Shown one piece after another: positions 9,734 to 18,814 of a stretch of 64,000 nt of DNA (its first letter is position 1; every line of letters begins with the position of its first letter). This DNA is from Candidatus Dormiibacterota bacterium. Lineage in GTDB: Bacteria > Chloroflexota > Dormibacteria > Aeolococcales > Aeolococcaceae. The DNA is taken from NCBI GenBank assembly GCA_019245575.1, contig JAFARE010000013.1:10580-74579 (forward strand). The letters are read 5' to 3'. The notes under the pieces were generated by a model. The model had not been told where the DNA came from, did not search any database, and worked only from the letters and a program-made list of their open reading frames with translations. The position numbers and the translations under genes are program-made.

Positions 9734-11380
9734 GTGCAGGAGGTCTGGTACAAGCGGGCCGTCATCTACAGCGTCGACGTCGACGCGTTCCAGGACAGCA
9801 ACGGCGATGGCGTCGGTGACCTCCCCGGACTGATCAGCCGGCTCGACTACATCGCCTCGCTGGGCGCGACATGCCTCTGGCTCAACCCGATCCATCCGAC
9901 GCCGGGGCGCGACGATGGCTATGACATCACGGATTACTTCAGCGTCGATCCTCGGATCGGCTCGCTGGGCGACTTCGTGGATCTCATCGAGGCTGCAGCC
10001 GACCGCGGGCTGCGCGTGATGATCGACCTCGTGATCAACCACACCTCGGACCAGCACCCGTGGTTCCAGGCTTCTCGTTCCAGCCGTGATTCGCCCTTTC
10101 GCGACTGGTATGTCTGGTCTGACTCTGAGCCGGAGCACAAGGACGAGGGCATTGTGTTCCCCGGCAGCCAGCGGGAGACGTGGACCAGGGACCGGCGCGC
10201 GAAAGCGTGGTACTTCCACCGCTTCTACGACTTCGAACCGTCGCTCAACCATGCCAATCCCGATGTGTGGAACGAGATGCGACGCGTGGTGTCGTTCTGG
10301 CTGCATCTCGGGGTGGCGGGCTTCCGTCTCGATGCGCTGCCGTTCGTCATCGAGCAGCCCGATCCGCATTCGGCCGAGGCGCCGCGCGTGTACGAGCGCC
10401 TGCGCGACATGCGCCGCTGGTTCTCCTGGTCTCGCGGCGATGCGGTCGCGCTTGCCGAGGCGAACGTGGCCGACGACGAGATCCTCAAGTACGTGGGCAG
10501 CGCCCCGGGCAACGACGACCGCATGCACATGCTCTTCAACTTCCGCCTCAACGCTCGAATCGCGCTTGCACTGGCGCGAAGGGAGGCGCAGCCGGTCGTC
10601 TGGGCGCTGCGCACCGCGCCGGCGCTGCCCGAGACGGCGCAATGGGCGACGTTCATTCGCAACCACGACGAGGAGGACCTGAGTCAGCTGAGCGAGGAGG
10701 AGCGCGGCGAGATCTTCAAGGTGTTCGCGCCGGACGAATCGATGCAGCTCTACGGACGCGGCATCCGTCGCCGGCTCGCGCCGATGCTCGGCGGCGACAG
10801 ACGCTGGCTGGAGCTCGCCTACAGCCTGCAGTTCACGCTGCCGGGAACTCCTGTCCTCCGCTACGGCGAGGAGATCGGAATGGGCGAGAACCTGGCCCTG
10901 CACGAGCGTGATGCCATACGTACGCCGATGCAGTGGTCGGACGCGTCCAACGCGGGGTTCTCCACCGCAGAGCCGGACAGCATGATCCGCCCGGTCGTCG
11001 ATGAGGGCGAGTTCGCGTATACGAAGGTCAACGTCGCCTTCCAGCGACGCGACGAGAACTCATTGCTCCTGTGGATGCAGCGTCTGCTGCGCACATTGCG
11101 CGAATGCCCGGAGGTGGGGGAGACGTCCTGCGAGGTGTTCGACTCCGGAGCCGCGCCGATCCTGATTCATCGCTTTGCGGGGCCTCACGGGGCGATGCTC
11201 TTCATCCACAATCTCGATGAGGCCGAGCAGACGGTGGACGTGGCGAGTGCGGTGACCGAAGGCGATGCGCCCTCCGAGTCGTTCGCCGACGCCGACTACG
11301 GACGCCTGCCTCTGCCCTTGACGACGCTGAAGGTCAACGGCTTCGGTTACCGCTGGATCCGGCTGCGCTTCATCCCCTGA
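9734..11380 (+). CDS. GH13 alpha-amylase family protein, trehalose synthase (TreS)-like
   Basis: DSNGDGVGD, DLVINHTSDQHPWF, GFRLDA, FIRNHDE, GIRRRLAPML, RTPMQW. Confidence 0.9.
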   Translation: MQEVWYKRAVIYSVDVDAFQDSNGDGVGDLPGLISRLDYIASLGATCLWLNPIHPTPGRDDGYDITDYFSVDPRIGSLGDFVDLIEAAADRGLRVMIDLVINHTSDQHPWFQASRSSRDSPFRDWYVWSDSEPEHKDEGIVFPGSQRETWTRDRRAKAWYFHRFYDFEPSLNHANPDVWNEMRRVVSFWLHLGVAGFRLDALPFVIEQPDPHSAEAPRVYERLRDMRRWFSWSRGDAVALAEANVADDEILKYVGSAPGNDDRMHMLFNFRLNARIALALARREAQPVVWALRTAPALPETAQWATFIRNHDEEDLSQLSEEERGEIFKVFAPDESMQLYGRGIRRRLAPMLGGDRRWLELAYSLQFTLPGTPVLRYGEEIGMGENLALHERDAIRTPMQWSDASNAGFSTAEPDSMIRPVVDEGEFAYTKVNVAFQRRDENSLLLWMQRLLRTLRECPEVGETSCEVFDSGAAPILIHRFAGPHGAMLFIHNLDEAEQTVDVASAVTEGDAPSESFADADYGRLPLPLTTLKVNGFGYRWIRLRFIP

Positions 11381-11411
11381 TGCGCGGCGGCCGGGCGGTA
11401 CAGTTGCTCAC

Positions 11412-12032
11412 GTGTACGTTCCGCGCCCCTTCGCTCTCGATCAGGACGAGACCCATGCGCTGCTGGGGTCACTGCGCGCCGGCCACCTGGTGACCGCGAC
11501 GCGCCAGGGTTTGCTGGCGACGCTCGTGCCATTCATCCATGACGTCGCGGCGGGGGAACACGGAGCGCTGCTCGGGCACGTCGCCCGGGCCAATCCGCAA
11601 TGGGAGCAGCCGGTTGCCGGCGAGGCCCTTGTAATCGCGCAGGGTCCCGATGGATACATCTCGCCGTCCTGGTACGCCGCGACCAGGGAGCACGGGCGCG
11701 TCGTCCCCACATGGGACTACGTCGTGCTGCACGTGCATGGCACGTTGCGCTTCCACGACGATGTCAGCTTCGTTCGCGACGTCGTGGAGCGGCTGACCGA
11801 GCGATTTGAGAGCCCGTCATCCGCGCCGTGGAGCGTGGCTGACGCGCCCGGCGAATACATCGAACGGCAGCTGCGCGCGATCGTCGGTTTCGAACTCACG
11901 GTGACAAGGGTTGAAGCGTCCGCGAAGCTCAGTCAGAACCGGGCGGCCGACATCGACGGTGTCACCCAGGGGCTGCGCCGGCGGGGCGACGCGGCCCTGG
12001 CTGACGAGGTGGAGCGACACCGGCCCCGCTGA
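11412..12032 (+). CDS. FMN-binding PaiB-family protein
   Basis: MYVP.., GHVARANPQW, YISPSWY, VPTWDY, KLSQN. Confidence 0.9.
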   Translation: MYVPRPFALDQDETHALLGSLRAGHLVTATRQGLLATLVPFIHDVAAGEHGALLGHVARANPQWEQPVAGEALVIAQGPDGYISPSWYAATREHGRVVPTWDYVVLHVHGTLRFHDDVSFVRDVVERLTERFESPSSAPWSVADAPGEYIERQLRAIVGFELTVTRVEASAKLSQNRAADIDGVTQGLRRRGDAALADEVERHRPR

Positions 12033-12900
12033 GGACCTCGCGCAACCGGTGCGCGAATGCCTCCGGCTTGCCGGCGTACGGGGTGTCGCCGCCGACGAAG
12101 CCGCCGTGATGGCTGGGGAAGACGGCTGCCTCCTGACCGAGCCGGTGAGCAGCCGCCACCGATGCGCGCCCGGTGAAGGTCCCGGCCGACTCTTCGCCGG
12201 CTCCGATGACGATCCGGGTTGGCGCTGCGGCGAGCGCGTCCCAGTCAGGCTCATAGCTGCTCACCGGCCAGGATCTCTCGGAGAGCAGCGGGTCGTCGCG
12301 TGAGCCGTCGTCATCACCCGGCATTCCGTACTGCGCGGGACTCGGTACGGCCCGCGCGAAGAACTCATCGGTGAACTCTCCCCGCCACGACGTCATGTCG
12401 ATGAACGCCGCCATGCCGGCGCCCCACCCGTGCGTCAGATATGCGTCGCGAAAGCGAGCCACGGCGCGCGCGGCAGCCTCAGCATCCGGCAGCACGCCGA
12501 CCAGCGGGGGTTCGTGTGCCACCAGCGCGGTGACGTCGCCGGGATAGGCGGTCACCAGCGCGAGTGCGGTGACAGCGCCGCCGCTGCTGGCGAACATCTC
12601 AACCGGACCGGCGTCGAGTGCCTGGATGACTGCGTGCACATCGGAAGCCTGCACCGCGGGCACACTGTCGTTGCGGCCGTCGGTGCGAACGCTGCGCCCG
12701 AGGCCGCGCGGGTCATAGGTGATCACCGTGCGGTCGGGAAAGTGCGATGCCAGCGCGCGAAAGCCGCCGGCATCCATCGGTTGCCCGATCATGAAGAGCG
12801 GTGGGCGTCCGTCGGCTGGGAGGGGGCCCTGGACGTCGTAGACGATCGCCGCCCCAGCAGTTTCGAGTGTGTGCGTCGCCACGCCGGTTGCTTGCACCAC
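11962..12900 (-). CDS. Alpha/beta hydrolase
   Basis: YDPRGLGRS, ASSGGA nucleophile elbow, HEPP, FPSHHGGF; start approximate. Confidence 0.87.
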   Translation of the reverse strand: MVQATGVATHTLETAGAAIVYDVQGPLPADGRPPLFMIGQPMDAGGFRALASHFPDRTVITYDPRGLGRSVRTDGRNDSVPAVQASDVHAVIQALDAGPVEMFASSGGAVTALALVTAYPGDVTALVAHEPPLVGVLPDAEAAARAVARFRDAYLTHGWGAGMAAFIDMTSWRGEFTDEFFARAVPSPAQYGMPGDDDGSRDDPLLSERSWPVSSYEPDWDALAAAPTRIVIGAGEESAGTFTGRASVAAAHRLGQEAAVFPSHHGGFVGGDTPYAGKPEAFAHRLREVLSGAGVAPPRQPGPRRPAGAAPG

Positions 12901-12901
12901 G

Positions 12902-13405
12902 TCAGCCCTCGAGCAGCTGCTCGAGCTTGTCGAGCTGCTCCGACCAGCCCTGCTCAGCGCCGGCCATCGCGTCAGCCGGCGGCATCGGGTCGAAGTACGA
13001 CTGCCGCATGGTGATCGCCGTTCCGCCGTCGCGAGCCTGGAACGTGAGCTCGATGAGTGTTGCGAAGATCTCTCCCTCCTCGTCGTTGATCGCACGACCG
13101 CTCATCACGAGGCGACGTGGACGGTCGATCTCGTAGTACTCACCGCCGAGGTAGTGCGAGAACTTCGCCTCCGCCGGAGTGGAGCTCGGCCACTCCATCG
13201 CCAGCCGGTACGTCCCGCCGACGCGCAGGTCGACCTCGGCGGCGGGACAGGAGAAGCCCTTGGGCCACCACCACTTCTCGAGCTGCTCGGGTTCTGTGAA
13301 CGCGTCGAAGACCCGCTCCGGCGAGGCGTTGACGGTTCGCTCGACGACCAGCTGCTTGACGGGCGTTGCAGAGCGGACATCCACTCGGACACTGGCTTCA
13401 GGCAT
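12902..13405 (-). CDS. SRPBCC/AHSA1 domain protein
   Basis: ERVFDAFTEPEQLEKWW, DLRVGG, GWSEQLDKL. Confidence 0.9.
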   Translation of the reverse strand: MPEASVRVDVRSATPVKQLVVERTVNASPERVFDAFTEPEQLEKWWWPKGFSCPAAEVDLRVGGTYRLAMEWPSSTPAEAKFSHYLGGEYYEIDRPRRLVMSGRAINDEEGEIFATLIELTFQARDGGTAITMRQSYFDPMPPADAMAGAEQGWSEQLDKLEQLLEG

Positions 13406-13754
13406 CGCGGTTCTCCTCTGATGTTGTTGCTTCCGGTTGGCTGGCGAGATGTGTCTCGAGACGGTCGAAACGGTCGGACCATTCCGCGTGCGTGCGGCGG
13501 AGCCAATCGTCGACGGGGAGGAGGCCCTCGAGCCGCAAGCGCGCTGGGCGCCGCTGGCCGTCGCGGCCCCGGGCGATCAGGCCGGCCCGTTCCAGGACCT
13601 TCAGATGCTTGGTGATGGCCGGCTGCGTCAGCGGGGACCCCCCGGCGAGCTCGACCACCCCGGCGTCGCCGGCGCCCAGGCGCTGCAGAATTGCCCGTCG
13701 CGTCGGATCGGCCAGGGCGGCGAACGCTCGGTCCAGGGGGTCATCCGGTGGCAT
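13398..13754 (-). CDS. ArsR/SmtB family transcriptional regulator
   Basis: FAALADPTRRAIL, QPAITKHLKVLERAGLI. Confidence 0.92.
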   Translation of the reverse strand: MPPDDPLDRAFAALADPTRRAILQRLGAGDAGVVELAGGSPLTQPAITKHLKVLERAGLIARGRDGQRRPARLRLEGLLPVDDWLRRTHAEWSDRFDRLETHLASQPEATTSEENRDA

Positions 13755-13784
13755 TACCCACAGGTTATATAACCGATCGGTAAA
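13754..13784. promoter_or_regulatory. Tandem palindromic operator, likely ArsR autoregulation
   Basis: TTACC-CACA-GGTTA followed by TAACC-GATC-GGTAA directly upstream of the ArsR start. Confidence 0.65.
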
Positions 13785-13819
13785 ATGCAACCCTACCGGG
13801 CTTGACCTGCCGCGCGCGC

Positions 13820-15046
13820 CTAGCGGCAGGGGCCGGAGATGCTCACGCCCGGGGCTCCGCTGGCGCTGGTGCGGATGGACGCCATCGCGCGCAGGCCCTC
13901 GCCTGGCTGGTAGCGCCAGAGGGTCCCGTCGTCGCCTGCGAGCCAGACGTCGCCGCCGTCGATAGCTGAGAGCGGCGACAGGTTGTCTGCCACGCCCACG
14001 TCGCCGATGCGCCCCTGGTTGAGGATCTCACTGTTGTGCGGTGATGTCAGCACCAGCGTGCGCTCGTCAATGCCCCCGCGCGCGTCGGGGGCGATGTGCT
14101 CGATGTCGCGGGTTGCCACCTGGATGATGGGCTGGCCCGCGGCGGTCTCTCCCACCGGTTGCGCGGCTCCAGCACCGTCGATGCGCCCGTCGAACCACGT
14201 TGTGGTGACGCCGTCGCGCAGGTCGTAACGGCTCACGACGCTGACGTCGCTGGCCGGGTCATACACCTGCAGATAGACCGCATCGGTCCCGCCTTGATAG
14301 CCGGCCATTGAGCTCTCCATGGCGGAGACGTGCGGGTAGACGGGCAGCGGCAGCGCGCGAACGGTCCCCGTATGCGGATCGAGCAGTGAGATGGGCATGG
14401 TCTCGCGTGGACCGGACGCGGCCGGTGTGGTGTCGAGGAGCACGATGCCCTCCGGGGAGAACCCCAGTGGCGAGAGGTAGCCGTTGGCCTGCTTGAGAAT
14501 CGCGTGCGTTCCGCCGGCATCGACGACGGCGATACCGGGTTGAGACGGGTCGAGGCCACCGGTAACGTAGGAATTGCCATCAGGCGACACCATCTGCGGC
14601 GTGGTGTCCACCCAGCGGTGGAGACCCGGCACGTATGTGTTGCCCGTGGTCGTCACCGGGTGAAAGGCGACGTGCCCCGCGTCGAAGCTGACGAATCCAG
14701 TTGCGCTCGGATCGCTCAGGGCCGACAGCGCGATCGTGCAGTTCAGCTGTTCGCCGGCCGGGAGGACGTACACGGAGAGCGAGGCGGAGGCTGCGGGTGA
14801 TGCGTGCGTGCCGACGCGGGTGCGCACGAGAAGCACGGCTGAAACCGCAACCATGACGGCGACCGCCGCTGCCAGCAGCCGTCTCGCGAGACGTCGCCTG
14901 CGGATTGCTGTGATCGGATCACCCAGATTCCTGAACGCGGTCGCGCTCGGCACCGCAGCATGTGGCCTGGCCGCGGGTGGCGTGACGCTCTCGTACAAAG
15001 CCCGAAGCGTGGCCTCGAGCTCCGCGGCCTCGGTGTCAGTGCTCAT
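13820..15046 (-). CDS. Putative anti-sigma factor (single TM, extracytoplasmic beta-rich domain)
   Basis: Overlaps the ECF sigma stop (ATGA); short cytoplasmic N-terminus, RRRR plus TM helix, large beta-rich C-terminal region. Confidence 0.7.
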   Translation of the reverse strand: MSTDTEAAELEATLRALYESVTPPAARPHAAVPSATAFRNLGDPITAIRRRRLARRLLAAAVAVMVAVSAVLLVRTRVGTHASPAASASLSVYVLPAGEQLNCTIALSALSDPSATGFVSFDAGHVAFHPVTTTGNTYVPGLHRWVDTTPQMVSPDGNSYVTGGLDPSQPGIAVVDAGGTHAILKQANGYLSPLGFSPEGIVLLDTTPAASGPRETMPISLLDPHTGTVRALPLPVYPHVSAMESSMAGYQGGTDAVYLQVYDPASDVSVVSRYDLRDGVTTTWFDGRIDGAGAAQPVGETAAGQPIIQVATRDIEHIAPDARGGIDERTLVLTSPHNSEILNQGRIGDVGVADNLSPLSAIDGGDVWLAGDDGTLWRYQPGEGLRAMASIRTSASGAPGVSISGPCR

Positions 15047-15615
15047 GACTTCTCTCCTTGTGCTTCCGGGTCAGCATCGAGCCGCTGCCGCAAGCGCTGC
15101 AGCGCCCTCTGTGCGGCGACCTTGGCGGCGGCCTCGGACATGCCCAAGACGTGGGCGACTTCTCGCAGCGACAGGTCCGCGGCGATGCGAAGCCCGATCA
15201 GCTCACGGTCCCGCCTGCGAAGCCCCTGCATGGCAGCGGCGACTTCTCGCAACCTCGCCCTGTTGGTGGCGACGACCTCGACATCGGGAGCCGCCGGCGC
15301 CTCCTGCCGCTGCCATGCCAGCCATCGCCGCCACCGGCTGCGGCGCCGATAGTCGTCGGCGACCAGGTTCCGAGCGATGGAGAGCAGCCACGTCCGAACC
15401 GTCGCGGCTTCAGGGCGCGCCCGCTCGTATGCCATGTAGGCGCGCACGAACGTGTCATGCGTGATGTCCTCCGCCGCCGTTGTATCCCCCAGCTGGGACA
15501 CACAGAAGCGGTGGACGCCTGCAGCGTGGGCGGCGTAGAGGAGATCGAACGGCAGCGGTGCCTCGGTGGTGCGCGTGGCGGCTCCCAGGTCGATGGCCGG
15601 ACTCATCATTCGCAT
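15043..15615 (-). CDS. ECF RNA polymerase sigma factor
   Basis: AEDITHDTF, WLLSIARN (region 2); LSLREVAHVLG (region 4). Confidence 0.92.
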   Translation of the reverse strand: MRMMSPAIDLGAATRTTEAPLPFDLLYAAHAAGVHRFCVSQLGDTTAAEDITHDTFVRAYMAYERARPEAATVRTWLLSIARNLVADDYRRRSRWRRWLAWQRQEAPAAPDVEVVATNRARLREVAAAMQGLRRRDRELIGLRIAADLSLREVAHVLGMSEAAAKVAAQRALQRLRQRLDADPEAQGEKS

Positions 15616-15651
15616 TCCAAACGCTCAGACCACACCGGAGGGAACACTCCC

Positions 15652-16296
15652 GTGGCAAGAGGACCGGCCGGCGCGCCATCGCCGGCAAGGAATCGCGTGA
15701 CTCCGATGGGTGACATCGAGGCCATCGCGATCCGCGGCGCCTGGACGGGCAACCGCGGAATCCTGCATCGCGGCCACGAGATCGTGCGATTCCACGCCGG
15801 CAGTCTGTGGATCACCTGCGCGCTCGCGTTTCGCGACCGCTGGCACGAGCAGTGGCGGCCGCACCATTTCACGTGGCTCTACTTCCTGGACGAGGCGGTG
15901 TCGATGGCGGCCGGGCACCGTCCCTGCGCGGAGTGCCGTCGTAACAGCTACAACGCGTTTCGTGGCGCGTGGGACGGTGAGCACGGGACGGGTGCCGCCA
16001 CTGCGGCAGCGATGGATCGCAGGCTGCATGGCGAACGGATCGTGCGCGGCACACATCGGCGACGCATCCACCGCATGCCGTGGGCTGAGCTGACAGACGG
16101 TGCGTTCGTGCTCGTCGATGAGTCGCCCGCCGTGGCGGTCGACGGCCATCTCGCGCGCTGGACGCGTGAGGGCTACGCGGCGCCGTTCCTTCGCCGGCCC
16201 CGCAGCGGACACGCAGACGTGATCACGCCACCGTCGACGGTGGCGGTGCTGCGCGCCGGCTACCCAGTGCAGATCGACGAAGCCGCACGTGGATGA
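15652..16296 (+). CDS. Conserved hypothetical protein with putative metal-binding motif
   Basis: RNRVTP, WTGNRGILH, LYFLDEA, AGHRPCAECRR. Confidence 0.75.
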   Translation: MARGPAGAPSPARNRVTPMGDIEAIAIRGAWTGNRGILHRGHEIVRFHAGSLWITCALAFRDRWHEQWRPHHFTWLYFLDEAVSMAAGHRPCAECRRNSYNAFRGAWDGEHGTGAATAAAMDRRLHGERIVRGTHRRRIHRMPWAELTDGAFVLVDESPAVAVDGHLARWTREGYAAPFLRRPRSGHADVITPPSTVAVLRAGYPVQIDEAARG

Positions 16297-16309
16297 CGCG
16301 AGGCGAGGG

Positions 16310-17194
16310 CTACGCCAGGCGTTTCTCGAACCAATGGTCGGCGAACGGCTCGTCGTTGAAAGGCGGCACCTCCACCCACCCGGCGGAGCGGTAGAGACCG
16401 AGCGCCTCGTGCAACACCGCGCTCGTCTCGATGTGCGCGACCTGTGCTCCCCCAGTGCGCGCGCACGCCTCGAGCGTCGCGAGGAGGCGGCGGCCCAAGC
16501 CAAGCCCGCGCGCCTGTGGTGCGATCCACATGCGCTTGATCTCCGCCGGCGCACCGGCATGGTGCTTGACGCCGCCGCATCCGATGGCCTCGCCGTGAAG
16601 GGACGCGACGAAGAACTGCCCCGCCGGTGGGCGCAGCTCATGCGGCTGCGCGGTCGCTCCCTTCGTGGGGTCGAAGCCGCGGGTTGAACGGCGGTTGAGC
16701 TCGGCGACGTACTCGGCCAGGCAGTAGCGCGCGTCGGCGTCCTCCGGGTCGACCGGCCGGATCTCGACGCTGGCCGCGACCAGCAGGCGCTCGACGTCAC
16801 CCATGGCCGTCACCAGCTGCTGCCGCTGCCGCGCGTTGAGCGGGGCCAGCAGCGACTCCGCGAGACGGTCGGACCGGTCGTCGAGGCGCGCACGCTCACG
16901 CCGGCCGGCTGCAGTCAGGCGGGCCACCCGCACCCGCTGGTCGCCCCGGCTCATCACCACCTTCACCAGCCCGCCGGATTCGAGGGAGCGAAGGAGGCGG
17001 CTCACGTAGCCGGAGTCGAGGCCCAGGCGGACGCGGAGGAGACGCACCTCGCAGCCTTCCGAACCGATCTCCCAGAGCAGACGCGCTTCACCCAGCGGCC
17101 GCGGCAGCCCGAGGAACCGGTCGCTGAGCGCGCCCACGCGCTCGGTCACAACGCGGTTGAATCGCCGGACCTGAGCGACCATGGGGTCCGCCAT
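16310..17194 (-). CDS. MarR-type HTH / GNAT acetyltransferase fusion
   Basis: LGLDSGYVSRLLRSLE HTH; EIKRMW, ARGLGLGRRLL, LYRSAG. Confidence 0.9.
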   Translation of the reverse strand: MADPMVAQVRRFNRVVTERVGALSDRFLGLPRPLGEARLLWEIGSEGCEVRLLRVRLGLDSGYVSRLLRSLESGGLVKVVMSRGDQRVRVARLTAAGRRERARLDDRSDRLAESLLAPLNARQRQQLVTAMGDVERLLVAASVEIRPVDPEDADARYCLAEYVAELNRRSTRGFDPTKGATAQPHELRPPAGQFFVASLHGEAIGCGGVKHHAGAPAEIKRMWIAPQARGLGLGRRLLATLEACARTGGAQVAHIETSAVLHEALGLYRSAGWVEVPPFNDEPFADHWFEKRLA

Positions 17195-17197
17195 TCT

Positions 17198-17230
17198 CTG
17201 ACTTTAGTCAGCAAATGGGGCGGCGGTCAA
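17198..17230 (-). promoter_or_regulatory. Leaderless promoter with overlapping palindromic operator
   Basis: Minus strand TTGACC-N18-TAAAGT, -10 ending at 17201 with ATG at 17194; palindrome CTGACT-TT-AGTCAG at 17198-17211. Confidence 0.65.
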
Positions 17231-17316
17231 GGGTCCTGATCGCAACGGTGGCGGCCGCAATCGCGAATCGCTGATCACGGTCCGTCACTCGGGCGCGTAG
17301 CTATGCTGTGCGCACG

Positions 17317-18024
17317 ATGACTCCGATGGCTCCCAAGCGAGCCGTGGTCTGGGGAGGGGTGACGCTCGGGCTGGCCGGGACCTGGCTCGGGCACACGGGC
17401 GAGTACGTCCGCGTGTGGGGCCCGCGCGGGCTGACCACAGAGCTGATCGGGTCAGTCCACGTCTACATGATTCCGCTCGCGATCGTGCTCGGGGCGGCGG
17501 GCCTGCTGCTGGCGGCGCAGCTCTGGTCGGTGTGGACGCAGCTCGGCCGCCACCTTGACAGCGCTCGCCGCATGTTGCGCGCCGCCCTGCGCGGCCGCGC
17601 GGTGCCCGCGCCGCCACGTGCCGGCGCGTGGATGCCGTCACTGTCGTCGCGCCTGCTCATCGCATGGCCGGCGCTGACAGTCCTGCAGCTCGCGCTCTAC
17701 GTCATCCAGGAGAACATCGAGGCAGCGGCGGCGGGCATGCCCGCTCCCGGCTTGGGCGCCATCACCGGCGTGCACGCATTCGCGCCGCTGGTGCATGCGG
17801 TCGTTGCGCTCGCACTCCTGCTGACCGTCCTGGTCGCGCTGCGAGTCATTCGCATTCGTGCGCGGCACGTCGAGGCGGTGCAGGCGATCCTGCGCCACGT
17901 TCTGGCAGTGCGCCGTTCGCGAGGCGCATCCGCAATTCCGTCCGCGCGCGCAGCGCGGACCCCGTCCCAGCTCTTCGGTCACGACCTCCTCCAGCGCCCT
18001 CCGCCGCTGATCGCCGCTCTCTGA
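17317..18024 (+). CDS. Membrane protein, first gene of putative copper operon
   Basis: About 4 hydrophobic helices with His residues; C-terminal RPPP; start uncertain (17308/17317/17326). Confidence 0.7.
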   Translation: MTPMAPKRAVVWGGVTLGLAGTWLGHTGEYVRVWGPRGLTTELIGSVHVYMIPLAIVLGAAGLLLAAQLWSVWTQLGRHLDSARRMLRAALRGRAVPAPPRAGAWMPSLSSRLLIAWPALTVLQLALYVIQENIEAAAAGMPAPGLGAITGVHAFAPLVHAVVALALLLTVLVALRVIRIRARHVEAVQAILRHVLAVRRSRGASAIPSARAARTPSQLFGHDLLQRPPPLIAAL

Positions 18025-18105
18025 GGCGAATTCAGCGGGCGTGAGCCCGCCGGTGCGCAGGCGGACTTCGCGTGCGCGCCGCCACATTGCTACGAGGAGT
18101 GATCC

Positions 18106-18813
18106 GTGCACACAACGCGAGGCGTGCGCATCGCCGCGGCCGCGGCAGCGGCATGCGCCATAGGTCTCCTGCCCGTGGTGGCGTCGGCGCATGCCGTCAT
18201 CACCGTGGGCGGCTACCACGTTGCCATCGGGTGGCAGTACGAGCCGCCAGGTGGCAGCTCCACCTATGTCGGCCAGCCCAACGGCGTGCAGGTCTTCATC
18301 GACACCCTCACCGCCACGGGCGACATCGGGTCGCCCGTCGGCGACCTGAACAGCGACTGCAGCCATCCCGACTTCCAGGTGACCGTGACCTTTGACGGCA
18401 AGACGAGCAGCCCGCTCTGTCCCATGCCGACGTTCGACCCCGACACGGCCAGCGGCCGGATGGATGAGTACGACGCGGTGCTGACACCGACGAAGGTCGG
18501 TGATTACACCTTCCGCATCTTCGGCTCGATTCACGGGACGGCGATCGACAAGTCGGCCACCTCAGGGCCATCGACGTTCGACACCGTGGCCGACCAGAGC
18601 GCCGTTGACTTTCCCACCGCCGCACCGGCGCTGGGTGATGTTGCGGCCAAGGTCGATCAGGTGGGAAACCGCGCTGCCGACGCCGCTGCGTCAGCAGCCA
18701 GTGCCGCCGACACCGCCAACCGGGCATCGACCATCGCGATCATCGCCGTGATCGTTGCTGCGCTGCTCGGCGCGGCGAACCTTGCGGTGGTGCTCCGGCG
18801 AAGAAGGAGCTGA
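18106..18813 (+). CDS. Exported, C-terminally anchored protein with mature N-terminal His (putative Cu-binding)
   Basis: GAGGAG RBS; signal peptide ending ASA|H; C-terminal TM plus RRRR. Confidence 0.78.
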   Translation: MHTTRGVRIAAAAAAACAIGLLPVVASAHAVITVGGYHVAIGWQYEPPGGSSTYVGQPNGVQVFIDTLTATGDIGSPVGDLNSDCSHPDFQVTVTFDGKTSSPLCPMPTFDPDTASGRMDEYDAVLTPTKVGDYTFRIFGSIHGTAIDKSATSGPSTFDTVADQSAVDFPTAAPALGDVAAKVDQVGNRAADAAASAASAADTANRASTIAIIAVIVAALLGAANLAVVLRRRRS

Positions 18814-18814
18814 C

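Noticed and set aside
18730-18813. Fourth member of the TSTP[ED] sorting family
   Set aside because: Has TM plus RRRR but lacks the motif; treated as a plain C-terminal anchor
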